Position numbers and translations under genes: made by a program. From Treponemataceae bacterium (GTDB lineage Bacteria > Spirochaetota > Spirochaetia > Treponematales > Rectinemataceae), in NCBI GenBank assembly GCA_963667725.2, contig CAXXHO010000005.1:256001-320000 (forward strand): 64,000 bases of DNA, given 5' to 3'. This document shows positions 27,954 through 39,544 of this stretch, piece by piece. The notes below the pieces were generated by a model that saw only the letters and a list, made by a program, of their open reading frames with translations, was not told the origin of the DNA and searched no databases. Positions within the stretch are counted from its first letter, which is position 1; the number at the start of each line of letters is the position of its first letter.

Positions 27954-29954
27954 ATGGATATAGCTTCGCTTGGAAAGATCGCCGAATCCGTCCGCAGCCT
28001 GACAATAGACGCGGTGCAGAAAGCCAACTCCGGCCATCCCGGCCTTCCCATGGGAGCGGCCGAACTCGGCGCTTACCTCTATGGCGCCGCGATGAACTAC
28101 GACGCCGAAGATCCCTCCTGGATCAACCGCGACCGATTCATATTGTCGGCCGGGCACGGCTCCATGTTGCTTTATTCGATGCTCCACATGGCGGGATTCG
28201 CCCTCTCCCTCGACGACATCAAGAGCTTCCGCCAGGTCGGTTCCAAATGCCCCGGCCATCCCGAATACGGCGTCACTCCCGGCGTGGAGACCACGACTGG
28301 CCCGCTCGGACAGGGCATAGCCAACGCGGTGGGCATGGCCATCGGCGAGCGCATGATGGCGGCGAAGTTCAATACGCCCGACGCGAAAATTTTCGACCAC
28401 TACACCTACACGCTCGTGGGCGACGGCTGTCTCCAGGAAGGCGTGGCGTCCGAAGCCTGTTCTCTCGCCGGCCACCTCGGCCTCGGCAAGCTTATCGCCT
28501 ATTACGATTCCAATTCGATCACCATCGACGGTTCGACGTCGATCGCCTTCACCGAGGATGTCGGGAAACGCTTCGAAGCCTACGGCTGGCAGGTCCTGTG
28601 CGGCAACATGTACGATTTTGATGGGCTGGCGGCGCTGACGGCAAGCGCCAAGGCTGAAACAGCCAAGCCCAGTCTCATCATTCTCAAGAGCGTCATAGGC
28701 AAGGGCGCGCCGACGAAACAGGGCACGGCGGGCGTGCATGGCGCCGCCCTCGGCGACGAGGAAGTGGCCAAGACCAAGGCGGCCCTCGGCATTCCGGCCG
28801 ACGCGTCATTCTTCGTGGCGCCTGAAGCCTACGCCTTTTTCGAGAAGCGCAGGAAGGAACTCAAGGCGACCAAGGCTTCATGGCAGAAAATCTACGAGGC
28901 CTGGGGAAAGGCCAACCCCGCCCTCTCCGAAGAATTGAGCGCCTGGTACTTCAACCGCCCGATGAGCCGGCTCGAAATGCCCGGCTTTGCCCAGGGCGAA
29001 AAGCTCGCCACGCGCGCCGCGTCGGGCAAATGCCTGGCAGCCATAGCGAAGGCCTGGCCTAACCTGATCGGCGGCTCCGCGGACCTCACAAGCCCGAACG
29101 TCACCCAGCTTCCCGCCAACCCCTCAGGCCTGCCTCTCGATTTCACGGCGAGCAATCCCGGCGGCCGCTACATCCGCTTCGGCGTGCGCGAACACGGTAT
29201 GGCGGCCATCGCCAACGGCCTCGCCCTCTACGGCGGCCTGCGTCCCTTCGTCGCCACCTTCCTCGTCTTCGCCGATTACCTGCGTCCAGCGCTGCGTCTC
29301 GCCGCGCTGATGAAGCTGCCGGTCATCTATATTTTCACCCACGATTCCATCTTCGTAGGCGAGGATGGCCCGACCCACGAACCCATCGAGACTCTCGCCT
29401 CCCTCAGGGCTATACCCGGCCTCAACGTCCTCCGCCCCGCGGACGCCGATGAGACGGCGGTGGCCTGGAAAGCGGCCATGGAAAGAACCGACGGCCCGAC
29501 GGCCCTCCTCTTGAGCAGGCAGAATCTCCCCGTGTTCGCCAAGGAAGATCCCCTCTGGCAGGACGGCATGGCGGTCGGCGCCTATGTGGCGCGCAACGCG
29601 CCGAAAGAGCCCGACATCGTCCTCGCGGCCTCCGGCTCAGAGGTTTCGCTCGCCATGAAGGCCGCCGACCTTGTTGGCGCCCAGAAGCCCGGTCTTTCCA
29701 TACGCGTCGTCTCGGTTCCCGACAGGAACGCTTTCTTCAGGGCGCCGGCGCCAATACGGGACGTCATTCTCTCCCCTCCGGCCAAGGTTTTCGTCGCGGA
29801 AGCGGGCATAGCGATGGGCTGGGAGAGAATAGCTCCCGTCGAGCGCATTCTGTCCATCGAGCGATTCGGCGAGTCGGGACCAGCCGAGAAAGTCGCCGTC
29901 CACCTCGGTTTCACGCCCGAAGCATTTGCCGAGTTGATACTCGGTTCGCTCTGA
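27954..29954 (+). CDS. tkt: Transketolase
   Basis: SGHPGLPMG, NRDRFILSAGHGS, GPLGQG, GDGCLQEG, FGVREHGM, THDSIFVGEDGPTH. Confidence 0.97.
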   Translation: MDIASLGKIAESVRSLTIDAVQKANSGHPGLPMGAAELGAYLYGAAMNYDAEDPSWINRDRFILSAGHGSMLLYSMLHMAGFALSLDDIKSFRQVGSKCPGHPEYGVTPGVETTTGPLGQGIANAVGMAIGERMMAAKFNTPDAKIFDHYTYTLVGDGCLQEGVASEACSLAGHLGLGKLIAYYDSNSITIDGSTSIAFTEDVGKRFEAYGWQVLCGNMYDFDGLAALTASAKAETAKPSLIILKSVIGKGAPTKQGTAGVHGAALGDEEVAKTKAALGIPADASFFVAPEAYAFFEKRRKELKATKASWQKIYEAWGKANPALSEELSAWYFNRPMSRLEMPGFAQGEKLATRAASGKCLAAIAKAWPNLIGGSADLTSPNVTQLPANPSGLPLDFTASNPGGRYIRFGVREHGMAAIANGLALYGGLRPFVATFLVFADYLRPALRLAALMKLPVIYIFTHDSIFVGEDGPTHEPIETLASLRAIPGLNVLRPADADETAVAWKAAMERTDGPTALLLSRQNLPVFAKEDPLWQDGMAVGAYVARNAPKEPDIVLAASGSEVSLAMKAADLVGAQKPGLSIRVVSVPDRNAFFRAPAPIRDVILSPPAKVFVAEAGIAMGWERIAPVERILSIERFGESGPAEKVAVHLGFTPEAFAELILGSL

Positions 29955-30022
29955 ACCGTGGCACTCTCACGATCAGCATCGAAACGCCGTAGATTGAGAT
30001 TCATAGCTGAAGGAGCCTGGGC

Positions 30023-31114
30023 ATGAGCGAAGGAATAAGGGTACCGCGCGGAGATTTGGAAGCTTTCTGCGCCGATGTCTTCATGAAGCTGGGGCTGTCC
30101 CGGGGCGAGGCCGTCGATTCGGCCGAAATCCTGGTGGCCGCCGACGCCCGCGGCATCGGCAGCCATGGAGTCGGCCGTCTCTGGCGCTACGAAAACGGCA
30201 TCAAGAAAGGCATAATGTCGGGCGGCATTCAGCCCGCGATCCTGCGCGAGACGCCCATGTCCCTCGTCCTCGACGCCCAGGGAGCCATGGGCCTCTCCTT
30301 GAGCAAACACACGATGGAGAAGGTGATCGAGAAGGCCGAAACCGTCGGCGCGGCCTTCGCCTCCATCCGCAACTCCAACCATTTCGGCATAGCCGGTTAC
30401 TACACGGAGATGGCCGCCCGCCGCGATATGATAGGCATCTGCATGACCAACACGGCGGCCCTGGGAGTCCCCACCTTCGGGCGCAGCGCCATGTTCGGCA
30501 CCAACCCCATCGCCGTGTCCGTCCCTGCCCTGAAAGGGCGGATGTTCACCCTCGACATGGCCACCACCTGCGTGACACGCGGCAAGGTCGAGGTCTACGA
30601 CCGCGAGAACAAAGCCCTCCCTCTCGGCTGGGCCGTGGACACGAAGGGAAAGGAGACTGCCGACGCCCACAGCCTCCTGGAGGACATGCTTTTCCAGCGG
30701 GGCGGCGGCCTCCTTCCCCTAGGCGGCGAAGGCGAATTGTTCAGCGGGTATAAGGGCTATGGCCTCGCCGTCCTCGTCGACATCATGACGGCTATCACTT
30801 CGGGGGGAGTCTTCGGCAAGTCGGTGATGGACAGCGAGGCCACGTCGGCTCGCGTATGCCATTTTTTCGGCGCGATCCGCCTGGATCTGTTCCGCGACCC
30901 CGAGGAACTCAAGACCGATATGGACCGCATGCTCGCCGAGCTCACCGGCGCCGAGCCGGCCGAAGGCTGCGGCCGCGTCTATTACGCGGGACTCAAGGAA
31001 CACGAATCGGAAGCCTTAAGCGACCGGATCGGAGTTCCCCTCACCGCGAAGGTGGCGGAGCGGCTGAAACGCATCGGCGACGATCTGGGGGTGGCCTTTC
31101 CGGCTCAGCCCTGA
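30023..31114 (+). CDS. Ldh_2 (malate/L-sulfolactate/ureidoglycolate-type) oxidoreductase
   Basis: ADARGIGSHG, NSNHFG, GTNPIA, DMATT, GYKGYGL. Confidence 0.9.
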   Translation: MSEGIRVPRGDLEAFCADVFMKLGLSRGEAVDSAEILVAADARGIGSHGVGRLWRYENGIKKGIMSGGIQPAILRETPMSLVLDAQGAMGLSLSKHTMEKVIEKAETVGAAFASIRNSNHFGIAGYYTEMAARRDMIGICMTNTAALGVPTFGRSAMFGTNPIAVSVPALKGRMFTLDMATTCVTRGKVEVYDRENKALPLGWAVDTKGKETADAHSLLEDMLFQRGGGLLPLGGEGELFSGYKGYGLAVLVDIMTAITSGGVFGKSVMDSEATSARVCHFFGAIRLDLFRDPEELKTDMDRMLAELTGAEPAEGCGRVYYAGLKEHESEALSDRIGVPLTAKVAERLKRIGDDLGVAFPAQP

Positions 31115-31710
31115 ATTATCCTGATATAGTTGGTGATTCCGCCGAGAAGCATATCCACGGAAATAGCCGTCAGCACGAGTCCCATCAATTTCTCGATGGC
31201 GCTCAGGAAACGATCGCCCAGCCAACGCTCCAGCCTGGAAGATCCCAGGAACACGATCGTCGTCACCGCGATGGCGATGAAAATGGAGCCTATCCACTCG
31301 AGGGTTCTGTCGGGCGACGATTTGGCGAGAAGCATGACCGTCGTCATGGCCGAAGGTCCCGCGATGAGGGGTATGGCCAAGGGTACGATGAACGGTTCGG
31401 CTCCCGCCTCGTCCTCGACCAGCTGGCCGCCCGACTTCGGAAACACCATATTGATGGCGATGAGAAAGAGGATGACGCCGCCCGCGATCCGCAGTGATTC
31501 ATCGGAGATGCTCACCGCGTCGAGAAAGGCGGACCCGAAAAAGAGAAAAATCGCGAGGGCGAGAAAAGCTATGGCGCATTCGCGCAGTATCACGTGCCTT
31601 CTGCGCGCCGGATCCACGTGTTTGAGCGCCGCCAGCAGAAGGGGTATGTTTCCCAGCGGATCGGTGATGAGTATGAGAAGAATCGTAGCCGACAGAAAAC
31701 TTTGTTTCAT
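31105..31710 (-). CDS. MarC family membrane protein
   Basis: DPLGNIP, RIAGGVILF, VPLAIPLIAGP, KLMGLVL. Confidence 0.92.
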   Translation of the reverse strand: MKQSFLSATILLILITDPLGNIPLLLAALKHVDPARRRHVILRECAIAFLALAIFLFFGSAFLDAVSISDESLRIAGGVILFLIAINMVFPKSGGQLVEDEAGAEPFIVPLAIPLIAGPSAMTTVMLLAKSSPDRTLEWIGSIFIAIAVTTIVFLGSSRLERWLGDRFLSAIEKLMGLVLTAISVDMLLGGITNYIRIIQG

Positions 31711-31730
31711 GATTCCCTTCCTCTTCCGCC

Positions 31731-32597
31731 CTATCGTATCGCTTTCGCCGTTCGCCGCACAGACACGAACGAGGAAGCCAGCACCGCGGCGATTATAATG
31801 AGGCCTCCCAGCATGGAGCGGAAACCGGGCGCTTCGCGCGTCGCCAAAAATACCCAGACCGGATTGAAAAGCGGCTCGATGACGGCGATGAGGATGCTTT
31901 CGAGTGCCGTTATGCGCTTTATGCCGTAGGAGAACAGCACGGCCGCCAGGCCAATCTGAACGACGCCAAGCGCCGTGATCGCGAAAAGCGATCCGGCGGT
32001 GATCGTCGGCGCCGGCATGAAAAGGGAAATGGAACCCGCGATGAGGGCGGTAAATATATGTCCGAGGAGGAGGGAGTCCAGGGGCGAGGCGTCTTTCTGC
32101 TTGCGCATGAGCACGATATTCAGGGCGAAGGTCACGCCCGAGAGCGTGGCCGCCATGTCGCCGATCAAGTTTCCTTTACCCAGCGAATCCATGAAGAACA
32201 GCACCATGCCGCCGCATATCGCGACGAGAGCGAGCCAATGCTCTATCTTGGGCCTTTCCTTGAGAACCACCGCGCTTATGAGCGCCACATAGATGGGCGC
32301 ACCGTACTGAATGAGAATGGCGTTGGCCGATGTCGTATGCTTGTTGGCGAAAACAAAGAGGAGCATGGTGGAGGAATAGGCGATGGCCGATCCCACCTGC
32401 AGCGCCGAGAAGCTGAACTTCGGGCGGCGTATCACGGCAAGGAGGAAGAGCGCGGCTATGGCGCTTCGTCCTCCCGCGATAGCGAAAGGCTGCCAATCGA
32501 TGAGCTTGATGAAGATGCCGGCCAGGCTCCAGAGAAAGGCGCATCCGGCCATGGCCGCTATTCCCGCCGCTTGCCGGGACATGTACCGATCCATCAT
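31731..32597 (-). CDS. DMT/EamA family transporter
   Basis: About ten TM; LWSLAG, ANAILIQY, IEPLFNPVW. Confidence 0.9.
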   Translation of the reverse strand: MMDRYMSRQAAGIAAMAGCAFLWSLAGIFIKLIDWQPFAIAGGRSAIAALFLLAVIRRPKFSFSALQVGSAIAYSSTMLLFVFANKHTTSANAILIQYGAPIYVALISAVVLKERPKIEHWLALVAICGGMVLFFMDSLGKGNLIGDMAATLSGVTFALNIVLMRKQKDASPLDSLLLGHIFTALIAGSISLFMPAPTITAGSLFAITALGVVQIGLAAVLFSYGIKRITALESILIAVIEPLFNPVWVFLATREAPGFRSMLGGLIIIAAVLASSFVSVRRTAKAIR

Positions 32598-32600
32598 TGA

Positions 32601-34283
<1,683 letters not shown>

Positions 34284-34480
34284 AGCGGTACTATATCGAA
34301 AATCGCTTTTCTCGTCGCCCCCTGTCGGTAACCGCGAAATCCGCGCGGCGCGATATCGTATCCCTCCTTGCACGAGAGCTCTGGAATTTGAGTATATTCA
34401 TATAATCCGACAACACGGCGATCGTAGGCCCGCCAGTCAGTTTTAATATCATGACCGCCTTATAGGCGGAAAAAGGAAAA

Positions 34481-35260
34481 TTGTTGGAAGACGATCAGGA
34501 AAAGAAGCCGGCAACCAGTGATGTCGCAAAATTCACGATCCGCGAAGTGACGGAATTGGGCAGAGCGGTGCGTACCATGGGAGCGGGAGCTTCATGCATG
34601 GAAGAGGTGGCGGGCAGGATCGTACGATATCTGTACGACACGCTGGTCGATGGCCGAACCGGCGCGCGCGCCTGCCCGCTAATCCGCTTTTTCAAGACGC
34701 AGGCCTATGAGGAACTCCCCGGCGATCTCCAGGCTTTTGCCAAGAAAATGCTCGACAGGGACAGTCCCCAACCCGGCGTGAAATGCATGACCCTCCTTGG
34801 CACCATAGGGGAAGACCCGAAATGGAATTCGCGGGAAACATCGCGGGGTCATCAGGCGATTCCCTTGCCAAGCGAGGAAGTGGTGCATCAGCTTCCCATG
34901 ATCAGAAACCTCATCAAACAGCTGGGCTTGAGCGTTAAATCGGTCGTGAATCCGGATCCGGCTCTCCTGATGGACATGGAACAGAATACTTACGGAGTCT
35001 TTTTCGTTCCCGAAGCGCTCGGAAGCCCCTATATTCCCGGCCAGAAAGAGTTCGTGATACCTTATGGCGTAAAATCGGTAGTGGGATTTGGCGGCATGCT
35101 CCCATCGCTGGATATCTTCGTGGTAATCCTCTTCCTGAGGCTCTCGATCACAAGGGAAACCGCAGACCTCTTTAAAAATCTATCGCTGAACGCAAAATTG
35201 GCCGTTTTACCTTTTGAGAAAACGATATTTGACTCCTCGAAAAAAGGCTCGTCAGCATGA
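34481..35260 (+). CDS. Hypothetical protein, possible GAF-like sensory partner of the downstream signalling gene
   Basis: TTG start with AAGGA RBS; ATGA-coupled to the PAS-GGDEF-EAL gene; C-terminal YGVKSVVGFGG..FVVILF looks GAF-like. Confidence 0.75.
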   Translation: MLEDDQEKKPATSDVAKFTIREVTELGRAVRTMGAGASCMEEVAGRIVRYLYDTLVDGRTGARACPLIRFFKTQAYEELPGDLQAFAKKMLDRDSPQPGVKCMTLLGTIGEDPKWNSRETSRGHQAIPLPSEEVVHQLPMIRNLIKQLGLSVKSVVNPDPALLMDMEQNTYGVFFVPEALGSPYIPGQKEFVIPYGVKSVVGFGGMLPSLDIFVVILFLRLSITRETADLFKNLSLNAKLAVLPFEKTIFDSSKKGSSA

Positions 35261-37097
35261 CAAACGAAGAAACGACAGCCAACCAGAACCAGCTATTCAA
35301 ATCCCAGATCGCGGCGCTGGAACAATTGCTCGAAGTCTATGAAAAGAGCGTACTGGACAAAACCGACGAACTTTACGCGGAGATCGCCAAACGCGCACGG
35401 ATAGAAGAGGTGCTAAGCCAGTCGGAAGAACGATATCGGACCATAATCGACGAGATGGAAGAATGGTATTTCGAAATCGACCTGAAAGGCAGGTTCACGT
35501 TCTTTAACGATATCTTGGCGAATGCCTTGGACCTGTCGAGGGAAGAGCTGCTCGGCAGGAATTATCAGGATTTCGTGAAGAAAGATGAGTTGGAGGCGAT
35601 TTCCAGACTTTTCCACGAAATTTTCACGACCGGTAAATCAACCAGGAATTTTTCATATGAATTTACCCGAGGGAACTCCGCGATCGCCCATATCGAATTT
35701 TCCTTTTTCCCCAAAAAAAACAAGGCGGGCAGAATCGTCGGATTTCGAGGAGTCGGGCACGATATCACCGAGCGCAAGCGCGCGGAAGCCAGGATTCAGT
35801 TCTTCGCCACACATGATAGCCTTACCGGACTGCCCAACCGTCTGATGTTCAGCCAGCTGCTCAACCACGCGATAGAGTCGGCCAAGCACCATAAACGCCG
35901 CCTGGCGGTATTTTTCATCGACCTCGACCGGTTCAAGATCATCAACGACACCATGGGACACGATGCGGGCGACATTATGCTGCAGCAGGTTTCCCAGCGG
36001 TTCATACAATCGGTGCGCGCGGCCGATGTCGTCGGTCGAATGGGCGGCGACGAGTTCATGATCCTGATCGAGGAAGTGCATGAACTTGACCAGATCGCCG
36101 AGGTAGCCCACAAGGTGCTCGCCAATGTCATGAAACCTATCGTTCTCCTGGGCGAGGAATGCCGCGTGACGGCCAGCCTGGGCATAAGCGTCTACCCCAA
36201 GGACGGGGAAGACGAGCAATCCCTGATGAAAAACGCCGACATCGCCATGTATTTCGCCAAGGAAGAAGGCAAGAACAATTACCAGTTCTACTCAAAAAAT
36301 ATCAAGACGCTCTCCATCGAACGCCTGGCGCTGGAGACTAACCTGCGTCTCGCGCTGGAGCGCAATGAGTTTTCCTTGCATTATCAGGCCAAGTTCGATT
36401 TCAAGACAAACGTGATTTCCGGCGTCGAAGCCCTGCTGCGCTGGCAAAATCCGGAACTGGGCACGGTGACGCCCACCCAGTTCATCCCCGTCGCCGAGGA
36501 AACGGGGCTGATCATACCTATCGGCAAGTGGGTTTTGGAGACGGCCTGCGCACAGAACGTAGCCTGGCAGAAGCAGGGGCTCCCGCGGTCCGGATGTCGA
36601 TGAACCTTTCGCCCCGGCAAGCCGCGGATGACAATCTGCTTCAAGATATCAGGGACACCCTAAAGAATACCGGCATGGCGCCAAACCTTCTGGAACTTGA
36701 AATCAGCGAAAGCATGGTGATGCATAATCCCTCGCGGATGATCGCGGTGCTGGCGGAGATAAAAAAGCTCGGGGTGAGGCTGGCTATTGACGATTTCGGA
36801 ACCAGCTACTCTTCCCTCGCCCAAATCAAGCACTTCCCCTTCGACACGCTCAAGGTCGACCGATCCTTCATCCGAAACATTTCTGAGAACGCCGAAGACA
36901 TGGCGATCGCGAAGGCCATCATCACGATGGGCAAGACATTGAGCCTGACCGTCGTGGCCGAGGGCGTGGAGACCGCCGAGGAAATGAACTTCTTGAAGGA
37001 AAACTCCTGCGACGAAATGCAGGGTTACTACTTCAGCAAGCCGATTGTGCCGGAGGATTTCGCCCATCTGTTGCGAGAGCACTCTTCGTCCACATAA
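35257..37097 (+). pseudogene. PAS-GGDEF-EAL diguanylate cyclase/phosphodiesterase with a single-base frameshift at about 36582-36584 (real or assembly error)
   Basis: Frame 1 gives PAS (GVGHDITERK), RAAD..GGDEF, EALLRW up to KQGL; another frame continues PAVRMSMNLS..DDFGTSYSS..KVDRSF..VAEGVET..QGYYFSKP. CTCCCGCGG needs one more C to read GLPAVRMSMNLS. Confidence 0.88.
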
Positions 37098-37142
37098 TGT
37101 TTTGGGAATGTCTTTCTATTCAAAAATCATTATATTTCAAGA

Positions 37143-37904
37143 ATGAAATATGGCATACAAGCGCTGTATCTGATTATCGGTCTCGGCGCCACCCTCGGCC
37201 TCGGTTCCTGCGCGGGAAAACTCGACGCCCAGGCAGTCCAACCCTCACCCTCGGAAATGCTGCCGTCTCCATCCCGAACCCTTCCCAAGGAGAATACGAT
37301 GACAAAGACTCCGGCTCCTCCTCCCCCCTGGTCGGCTTCCCCAGCCTTCGCGAGCCACGATTACGCGAAACCCCTGCCCCTCGCCGACGACAGCGGCCTT
37401 GAATATGCCGTGCTCGCCGGCGGCTGCTTCTGGTGCCTCGAAGCCGTCTACGAGAACCTCCCCGGCGTCGTCGACGTTGTTTCGGGCTACATCGGCGGCG
37501 GCGCTCCCCGGCCTAGCTATGAATACGTGTCCACTGGGGCCAGCGGCCACGCCGAAGCGGTGCGGATCGCCTTCGATCCCGCCCGGGTCAGCTATGACGA
37601 GCTTCTGAAGTATTTCTGGAAGATACACAATCCCACGACGAAGGACCGCCAAGGCGCCGATGTCGGCTCCCAGTACCGATCGGCTATTTTCTACACCAGC
37701 GAGAGTCAGAAAGAGGCGGCCCTCGCGTCGATCGAGAAGCAGAAGCCCTGGTGGCCAGCTCCCATCGTCACGGAGCTCCTTCCGGCCGGGGATTTCTGGT
37801 TAGCCGAGGAATACCATCAGGATTTCTACCGCCGCAACCCCAACTACGGCTACTGCGCCGTGGTCATCGCCCCCAAATTGAAAAAAGCCGGCTTCGGGGA
37901 CTAA
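37143..37904 (+). CDS. msrA: Peptide methionine sulfoxide reductase A with a lipoprotein signal
   Basis: AGGCFWC, GHAEAV, QGADVGSQYRS, AEEYHQ, YC; N-terminal hydrophobic stretch ending LGSC. Confidence 0.93.
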   Translation: MKYGIQALYLIIGLGATLGLGSCAGKLDAQAVQPSPSEMLPSPSRTLPKENTMTKTPAPPPPWSASPAFASHDYAKPLPLADDSGLEYAVLAGGCFWCLEAVYENLPGVVDVVSGYIGGGAPRPSYEYVSTGASGHAEAVRIAFDPARVSYDELLKYFWKIHNPTTKDRQGADVGSQYRSAIFYTSESQKEAALASIEKQKPWWPAPIVTELLPAGDFWLAEEYHQDFYRRNPNYGYCAVVIAPKLKKAGFGD

Positions 37905-37927
37905 AGCCCGGCCGGCACTTAGGCTGC

Positions 37928-37968
37928 AAAAAAGGGGCGCGTTATCGTTGATACGATAACGCGCCCCT
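37928..37968 (-). terminator. Intrinsic terminator between convergent genes
   Basis: 16-bp stem AGGGGCGCGTTATCGT/ACGATAACGCGCCCCT, followed by a T run on the minus strand. Confidence 0.85.
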
Positions 37969-37987
37969 CGCGGCACATTCAGCGCTA

Positions 37988-38512
37988 TCAGTACTTCCCG
38001 AGCTGTCGTTGGAAGGCGTTTAGGTGGTTCACTGAACCGTTCTTCAGGTTGGTGAAGAGGGTTCGCAAGTCCGCGTACTGGCTACCCTGGATAAGGGGGC
38101 TCGCCAGGAATTTATCATACATGGCGATATTGTCGATTTCCGCCTGCACCCCGGCCTTGTAGGCATCGAGGAGGGTGGATGGAACCTGGACGTAATTGGC
38201 CGCCTCGTCCCTGGGAAACTGCAGCTTGTAGGCGGCGAAGGCGTCCTTGAGCCAGGCAAGGTGGTTCTCTTCGGCGCTCTTGATATTGCTGAAGGGCCTG
38301 GCCGTACCGAACTTGGCCATTATGGCGACATATTCGGCGCGGGCGAAATATTCGTCCTGGGCGGCATAGAGGAGCATATCCTCTATGGTCAGCGATTCGT
38401 CGGCTTTGGCGGCGGCGTTGCCGTAAGCCGTGAGGGTTCCGGCCGCTCCGGCAGCCGCGAGAGAAAGGGTTACCATCAGCGCGAAGGCGATGGCGCGTAC
38501 TGTTCTTTTCAT
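37988..38512 (-). CDS. Exported ferritin-like protein (DUF2202-like)
   Basis: Signal peptide; QDEYFARAEY, AEENHL, AEIDNIAMY, SVNHL four-helix metal-site pattern. Confidence 0.78.
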   Translation of the reverse strand: MKRTVRAIAFALMVTLSLAAAGAAGTLTAYGNAAAKADESLTIEDMLLYAAQDEYFARAEYVAIMAKFGTARPFSNIKSAEENHLAWLKDAFAAYKLQFPRDEAANYVQVPSTLLDAYKAGVQAEIDNIAMYDKFLASPLIQGSQYADLRTLFTNLKNGSVNHLNAFQRQLGKY

Positions 38513-38701
38513 TTCAATGCTCCTGTTCTACATTTTCGCCACAGGGTCTTTTTCGATCTCCTGGTGACGTATAAATATATAAGCAGGATTCATGCCAACA
38601 ATAAAATAATTATCTATTCTTTATATTATAAAGATATACATAAGACTATAAAAACCGCGACTTTTTAGCGCATGCGAGAATGGGCAATATTTTCCCATTC
38701 C

Positions 38702-39487
38702 CTAGAGGTTGGAGGCTTCTATATCCTTGAAATAGCGGACAGTGCCGACCTTGAGCTCAAGGGTCGCGTCCTCGTCGCAAACGATGATGCCTTTCCGGTG
38801 AAGCTGGAGGCAGCTGATCGTCCACATGTGGTTGACGCCTTCCTCGATGGCATGCCGCAAGGCTCTGGCCTTGTTCTGGCCGTTGGCCAACACCAGGACT
38901 TCCCTGGCGTCCATGACGGTGCCGACTCCCACAGTGAGAGCGGTGGATGGCACCTTGGCGGGATCGTTGTCGAAAAATCGTCCGTTGGCGATTTTCGTAT
39001 CCATGGTAAGCGTCTTGATGCGGGTGCGGGAGGAGAGGGAGGAACCGGGTTCGTTGAAGGCGATATGGCCGTCCGGGCCTATGCCCCCCACGAAGAGATC
39101 GATGCCGCCGGCTTTCAGGATTCTTTCTTCGTAGGCGGCGCATTCGGTTATAAGATCGGGAGCCATCCCGTCGAGTATATGAACATTATTGGCGGGAATA
39201 TCTATATGCGAAAAGAAATTATCCCACATGAATCGATAGTAGCTCTGCTGATGTTCCTTCGGCAGGCCGACGTACTCATCCATATTGAAGGTGACGACAT
39301 TCGCGAAGGAAACCTGTTTTGCGCGGTTCATCTCAATGAGTCGGCGATACATGCCGAGGGGAGAAGATCCCGTGGGCAGCCCCAGCACGAATGGACGGCC
39401 GGCGGGAGCTCCGTTTATCTTGGCCGCGACGTAATCCGCCGCCCACTTCGCCACGCCGGCGCTGTTCCGCTGAATGATGACTCTCAT
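38702..39487 (-). CDS. nagB: Glucosamine-6-phosphate deaminase
   Basis: [37 protein letters not shown]. Confidence 0.97.
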   Translation of the reverse strand: MRVIIQRNSAGVAKWAADYVAAKINGAPAGRPFVLGLPTGSSPLGMYRRLIEMNRAKQVSFANVVTFNMDEYVGLPKEHQQSYYRFMWDNFFSHIDIPANNVHILDGMAPDLITECAAYEERILKAGGIDLFVGGIGPDGHIAFNEPGSSLSSRTRIKTLTMDTKIANGRFFDNDPAKVPSTALTVGVGTVMDAREVLVLANGQNKARALRHAIEEGVNHMWTISCLQLHRKGIIVCDEDATLELKVGTVRYFKDIEASNL

Positions 39488-39544
39488 CGTTGTCTCCTTT
39501 CACCTCTGGCGCGAAACCGGACAGTCCTTATGCCGGCCGCCCCG

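Noticed and set aside
36528..37097. Independent EAL gene starting at 36528
   Set aside because: It is the out-of-frame continuation of the upstream gene and lacks the EAL motif itself
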